DNA from: Eledone cirrhosa
Lineage: Eukaryota
Reading direction: 5' to 3'
NCBI GenBank assembly: GCA_964016885.1
Contig: OZ024743.1
Span: 166,284,001 to 166,348,000, forward strand
Length of the DNA: 64,000 nt
Under the pieces are notes generated by a model, which worked only from the letters and a program-made list of their open reading frames with translations, made no database searches and was not told where the DNA came from. Positions 58,547 through 64,000 of the stretch are shown here, one piece after another. Numbering within the stretch: position 1 is the first letter of the stretch; every line of letters begins with the position of its first letter. Both the position numbers and the translations under genes were made by a program.

Positions 58547-61500
58547 GACAAATACTTTAGTACAGACATCAGCAAGAGAACAAATACTTTAGTACAGACA
58601 TCAGCAAGAGAACAAATACTTTAGTACAGACATCAGGAAGAGAACAAATACTTTAGTACAGACATCAGGAAGAGAACAAATACTTTAGTACAGACATCAG
58701 GAAGAGGACAAATACTTTAGTACAGACATCAGGAAGAGGACAAATGCTTTAGTACAGACATCAGCAAGAGAACAAATACTTTAGTACAGACATCAGGAAG
58801 AGAACAAATACTTTAGTACAGACATCAGCTAGAAAACAAATACTTTAGTACAGACATCAGCTGGAGAACAAATACTTTAGTACAGACATCAGGAAGAGGA
58901 CAAATATTTTAGTACAGACATCAGGAAGAGGACAAATACTTTAGTACAGACATCAGCAAGAGGACAAATACTTTAGTACAGACATCAGGAAGAGAACAAA
59001 TACTTTAGTACAGACATTAGGAAGAGGACAAATACTTTAGTACAGACATCAGGAAGAGAACAAATACTTTAGTACAGACATCAGGAAGAGGACAAATACT
59101 TTAGTACAGACATCAGCAAGAGAACAAATACTTTAGTACAGACATCAGGAAGAGAACAAATACTTTAGTACAGACATCAGGAAGAGGACAAATACTTTAG
59201 TACAGACATCAGGAAGAGAACAAATACTTTAGTACAGACATCAGGAAGAGGACAAATACTTTCGTACAGACATCAGCAAGAGAACAAATACTTTAGTACA
59301 GACATCAGCAAGAGAACAAATACTTTAGTACAGACATCAGGAAGAGGACAAATACTTTAGTATAGACATCAGCTAGAGAACAAATACTTTAGTACAGACA
59401 TCAGCAAGAGAACAAATACTTTAGTACAGACATCAGGAAGAGAACAAATACTTTAGTACAGACATCAGCAAGAGAACAAATACTTTAGTACAGACATTAG
59501 GAAGAGGACAAATGCTTTAGTACAGACATCAGGAAGAGAACAAATACTTTAGTACAGACATCAGGAAGAGGACAAATACTTTAGTACAGACATCAGGAAG
59601 AGGACAAATACTTTAGTACAGACATCAGCAAGAGAACAAATACTTTAGTACAGACATCAGGAAGAGAACAAATACTTTAGTACAGACATCAGCAAGAGAA
59701 CAAATACTTTAGTACAGACATCAGCAAGAGAACAAATACTTTAGTACAGACATTAGGAAGAGGACAAATACTTTAGTACAGACATCAGCAAGAGAACAAA
59801 TACTTTAGTACAGACATCAGGAAGAGGACAAATACTTTAGTACAGACATCAGCAAGAGGACAAATACTTTAGTACAGACATCAGCAAGAGAACAAATACT
59901 TTAGTACAGACATCAGTAAGAGAACAAATACTTTAGTACAGACATCAGGAAGAGGACAAATACTTTAGTACAGACATCAGCAAGAGAACAAATACTTTAG
60001 TACAGACATCAGGAAGAGAACAAATACTTTAGTACAGACATCAGCAAGAGGACAAATACTTTAGTACAGACATCAGGAAGAGAACAAATACTTTAGTACA
60101 GACATCAGCAAGAGGACAAATACTTTAGTACAGACATCAGCAAGAGAACAAATACTTTAGTACAGACATCAGCAAGAGAACAAATACTTTAGTACAGACA
60201 TCAGCAAGAGAACAAATACTTTAGTACAGACATCAGCAAGAGAACAAATACTTTAGTACAGACATCAGCAAGAGGACAAATACTTTAGTACAGACATCAG
60301 GAAGAGAACAAATACTTTAGTACAGACATCAGCAAGAGGACAAATATTTTAGTACAGACATCAGGAAGAGGACAAATACTTTAGTACAGACATCAGCTAG
60401 AGAACAAATACTTTAGTACAGACATCAGGAAGAGAACAAATACTTTAGTACAGACATCAGCAAGAGGACAAATACTTTAGTACAGACATCAGCAAGAGAA
60501 CAAATACTTTAGTACAGACATCAGCAAGAGAACAAATACTTTAGTACAGACATCAGCAAGAGAACAAATACTTTAGTACAGACATCAGCAAGAGAACAAA
60601 TACTTTAGTACAGACATCAGCAAGAGAACAAATACTTTAGTACAGACATCAGCAAGAGGACAAATACTTTAGTACAGACATCAGGAAGAGAACAAATACT
60701 TTAGTACAGACATCAGCAAGAGGACAAATATTTTAGTACAGACATCAGGAAGAGGACAAATACTTTAGTACAGACATCAGCTAGAGAACAAATACTTTAG
60801 TACAGACATCAGGAAGAGGACCAATACTTTAGTACAGACATCAGGAAGAGGACAAATATTTTAGTACAGACATCAGGAAGAGGACAAATACTTTAGTACA
60901 GACATCAGCAAGAGAACAAATACTTTAGTACCGACATCAGGAAGAGGACAAATATTTTAGTACAGACATCAGGAAGAGGACAAATACTTTAGTACAGACA
61001 TCAGCAAGAGAACAAATACTTTAGTACAGACATCAGCAAGAGAACAAATACTTTGGTACAGACATCAGGAAGAGGACAAATACTTTAGTACAGACATCAG
61101 CAAGAGAACAAATACTTTAGTACAGACATCATCAAGAGAACAAATACTTTGGTACAGACATCAGGAAGAGGACAAATACTTTAGTACAGACATCAGCAAG
61201 AGAACAAATACTTTAGTACAGACATCAGGAAGAGAACAAATACTTTAGTACAGACATCAGCAAGAGAACAAATACTTTAGTACAGACATTAGGAAGAGGA
61301 CAAATACTTTAGTACAGACATCAGGAAGAGAACAAATACTTTAGTACAGACACCAGGAAGAGGACAAATACTTTAGTACAGACATCAGCAAGAGAACAAA
61401 TACTTTAGTACAGACATCAGCAAGAGAACAAATACTTTAGTACAGACATCAGGAAGAGGACAAATACTTTCGTACAGACATTAGCAAGAGAACAAATACT

Positions 61501-64000
61501 TTAGTACAGACATCAGCAAGAGAACAAATACTTTAGTACAGACATCAGCAAGAGAACAAATACTTTAGTACAGACATCAGGAAGAGGACAAATACTTTAG
61601 TACAGACATCAGCTAGAGAACAAATACTTTAGTACAGACATCAGGAAGAGGACAAATACTTTAGTACAGACATCAGGAAGAGGACAAATATTTTAGTACA
61701 GACATCAGGAAGAGGACAAATACTTTAGTACAGACATCAGCAAGAGAACAAATACTTTAGTACAGACATCAGTAAGAGAACAAATACTTTAGTACAGACA
61801 TCAGGAAGAGGACAAATACTTTAGTACAGACATCAGCAAGAGAACAAATACTTTAGTACAGACATCAGGAAGAGAACAAATACTTTAGTACAGACATCAG
61901 CAAGAGGACAAATACTTTAGTACAGACATCAGGAAGAGAACAAATACTTTAGTACAGACATCAGCAAGAGGACAAATACTTTAGTACAGACATCAGCAAG
62001 AGAACAAATACTTTAGTACAGACATCAGCAAGAGAACAAATACTTTAGTACAGACATCAGCAAGAGAACAAATACTTTAGTACAGACATCAGGAAGAGGA
62101 CAAATACTTTAGTACAGACATCAGCTAGAGAACAAATACTTTAGTACAGACATCAGGAAGAGGACAAATATTTTAGTACAGACATCAGGAAGAGAACAAA
62201 TACTTTAGTACAGACATCAGCAAGAGAACAAATACTTTAGTACAGACATCAGGAAGAGGACAAATATTTTAGTACAGACATCAGGAAGAGGACAAATACT
62301 TTAGTACAGACATCAGCAAGAGAACAAATACTTTAGTACAGACACCAGGAAGAGGACAAATATTTTAGTACAGACATCAGGAAGAGGACAAATACTTTAG
62401 TACAGACATCAGCAAGAGAACAAATACTTTAGTACAGACATCAGCAAGAGGACAAATACTTTAGTACAGACATCAGGAAGAGAACAAATACTTTAGTACA
62501 GACATCAGCAAGAGGACAAATACTTTAGTACAGACATCAGCAAGAGAACAAATACTTTAGTACAGACATCAGCAAGAGAACAAATACTTTAGTACAGACA
62601 TTAGGAAGAGGACAAATACTTTAGTACAGACATCAGCAAGAGAACAAATACTTTAGTACAGACATCAGGAAGAGGACAAATATTTTAGTACAGACATCAG
62701 GAAGAGAACAAATACTTTAGTACAGACATCAGCAAGAGAACAAATACTTTAGTACAGACATCAGGAAGAGGACAAATATTTTAGTACAGACATCAGGAAG
62801 AGGACAAATACTTTAGTACAGACATCAGCAAGAGAACAAATACTTTAGTACAGACACCAGGAAGAGGACAAATACTTTAGTACAGACATCAGCAAGAGAA
62901 CAAATACTTTAGTACAGACATCAGCAAGAGAACAAATACTTTAGTACAGACATCAGGAAGAGGACAAATACTTTCGTACAGACATCAGCAAGAGAACAAA
63001 TACTTTAGTACAGACATCAGCAAGAGAACAAATACTTTAGTACAGACATCAGCAAGAGAACAAATACTTTAGTACAGACATCAGGAAGAGGACAAATACT
63101 TTAGTACAGACATCAGCTAGAGAACAAATACTTTAGTACAGACATCAGGAAGAGGACAAATACTTTAGTACAGACATCAGGAAGAGGACAAATATTTTAG
63201 TACAGACATCAGGAAGAGGACAAATACTTTAGTACAGACATCAGCAAGAGAACAAATACTTTAGTACAGACATCAGGAAGAGGACAAATACTTTAGTACA
63301 GACATCAGCAAGAGAACAAATACTTTAGTACAGACATCAGCAAGAGAACAAATACTTTAGTACAGACATCAGGAAGAGAACAAATACTTTAGTACAGACA
63401 TCAGGAAGAGGACAAATACTTTAGTACAGACATCAGGAAGAGAACAAATACTTTAGTACAGACATCAGGAAGAGGACAAATACTTTCGTACAGACATCAG
63501 CTAGAGAACAAATACTTTAGTACAGACATCAGGAAGAGGACAAATACTTTAGTACAGACATCAGCTAGAGAACAAATACTTTAGTACAGACATCAGGAAG
63601 AGGACAAATACTTTAGTACAGACATCAGCTAGAGAACAAATACTTTAGTACAGACATCAGGAAGAGGACAAATACTTTAGTACAGACATCAGCAAGAGAA
63701 CAAATACTTTAGTACAGACATCAGGAAGAGGACAAATACTTTCGTACAGACATCAGCAAGAGAACAAATACTTTAGTACAGACATCAGCAAGAGAACAAA
63801 TACTTTAGTACAGACATCAGGAAGAGGACAAATACTTTAGTATAGACATCAGCTAGAGAACAAATACTTTAGTACAGACATCAGCAAGAGAACAAATACT
63901 TTAGTACAGACATCAGCAAGAGAACAAATACTTTAGTACAGACATCAGGAAGAGGACAAATACTTTAGTACAGACATCAGGAAGAGAACAAATACTTTAG
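58547..64000. repeat. 32-bp minisatellite, about 170 copies, running off the window end, inside a TTF2 intron
   Basis: Unit caaatactttagtacagacatcagSaagagRa with period 32 (e.g. 58581, 58613); variation concentrated at two positions. Confidence 0.98.

Noticed and set aside
58547-64000. CRISPR-like array
   Set aside because: Units are head-to-tail with no unique spacers, there are no cas genes, and the context is a eukaryotic intron.
58547-64000. Coding repeat, or tandem snoRNA/hammerhead array (CTGATG motif on the minus strand)
   Set aside because: Period 32 is not a multiple of 3, the ORF track has nothing here, and the motif is CTGATGT with no GAAA partner or full box C.

Overview
Eukaryotic, AT-rich, repeat-dense genomic DNA. 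The SINE and LINE families look like those of a coleoid cephalopod, probably Octopus; this is inferred from repeat similarity, not a database result. One host gene spans the window on the minus strand: the 3' part of a SNF2-family helicase, TTF2/lodestar. I traced 13 GT-AG exons by hand (58473 down to the stop at 1380, 1450 nt, all splice phases consistent); the 5' exons lie beyond the window. The introns hold mostly decayed mobile elements: many RTE-clade LINE pieces, CR1/Jockey-group LINEs, a Tx1/L1 fragment, Penelope-like elements, restriction-like-endonuclease non-LTR elements, two Gypsy LTR elements, a non-autonomous Helitron, hAT and Tc1/mariner remnants, and tRNA-derived SINEs. The last 5.4 kb is a 32-bp minisatellite. 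I cannot support a wholly new gene system. The most interesting signals are: recurrent fold-back (inverted-copy) sequences at retroelement 5' junctions, usually beside (TA)n; SINE insertions that duplicated a TTF2 splice donor; minimal hammerhead-ribozyme-like motifs with covariation in Penelope termini; and higher-order structure in the minisatellite.
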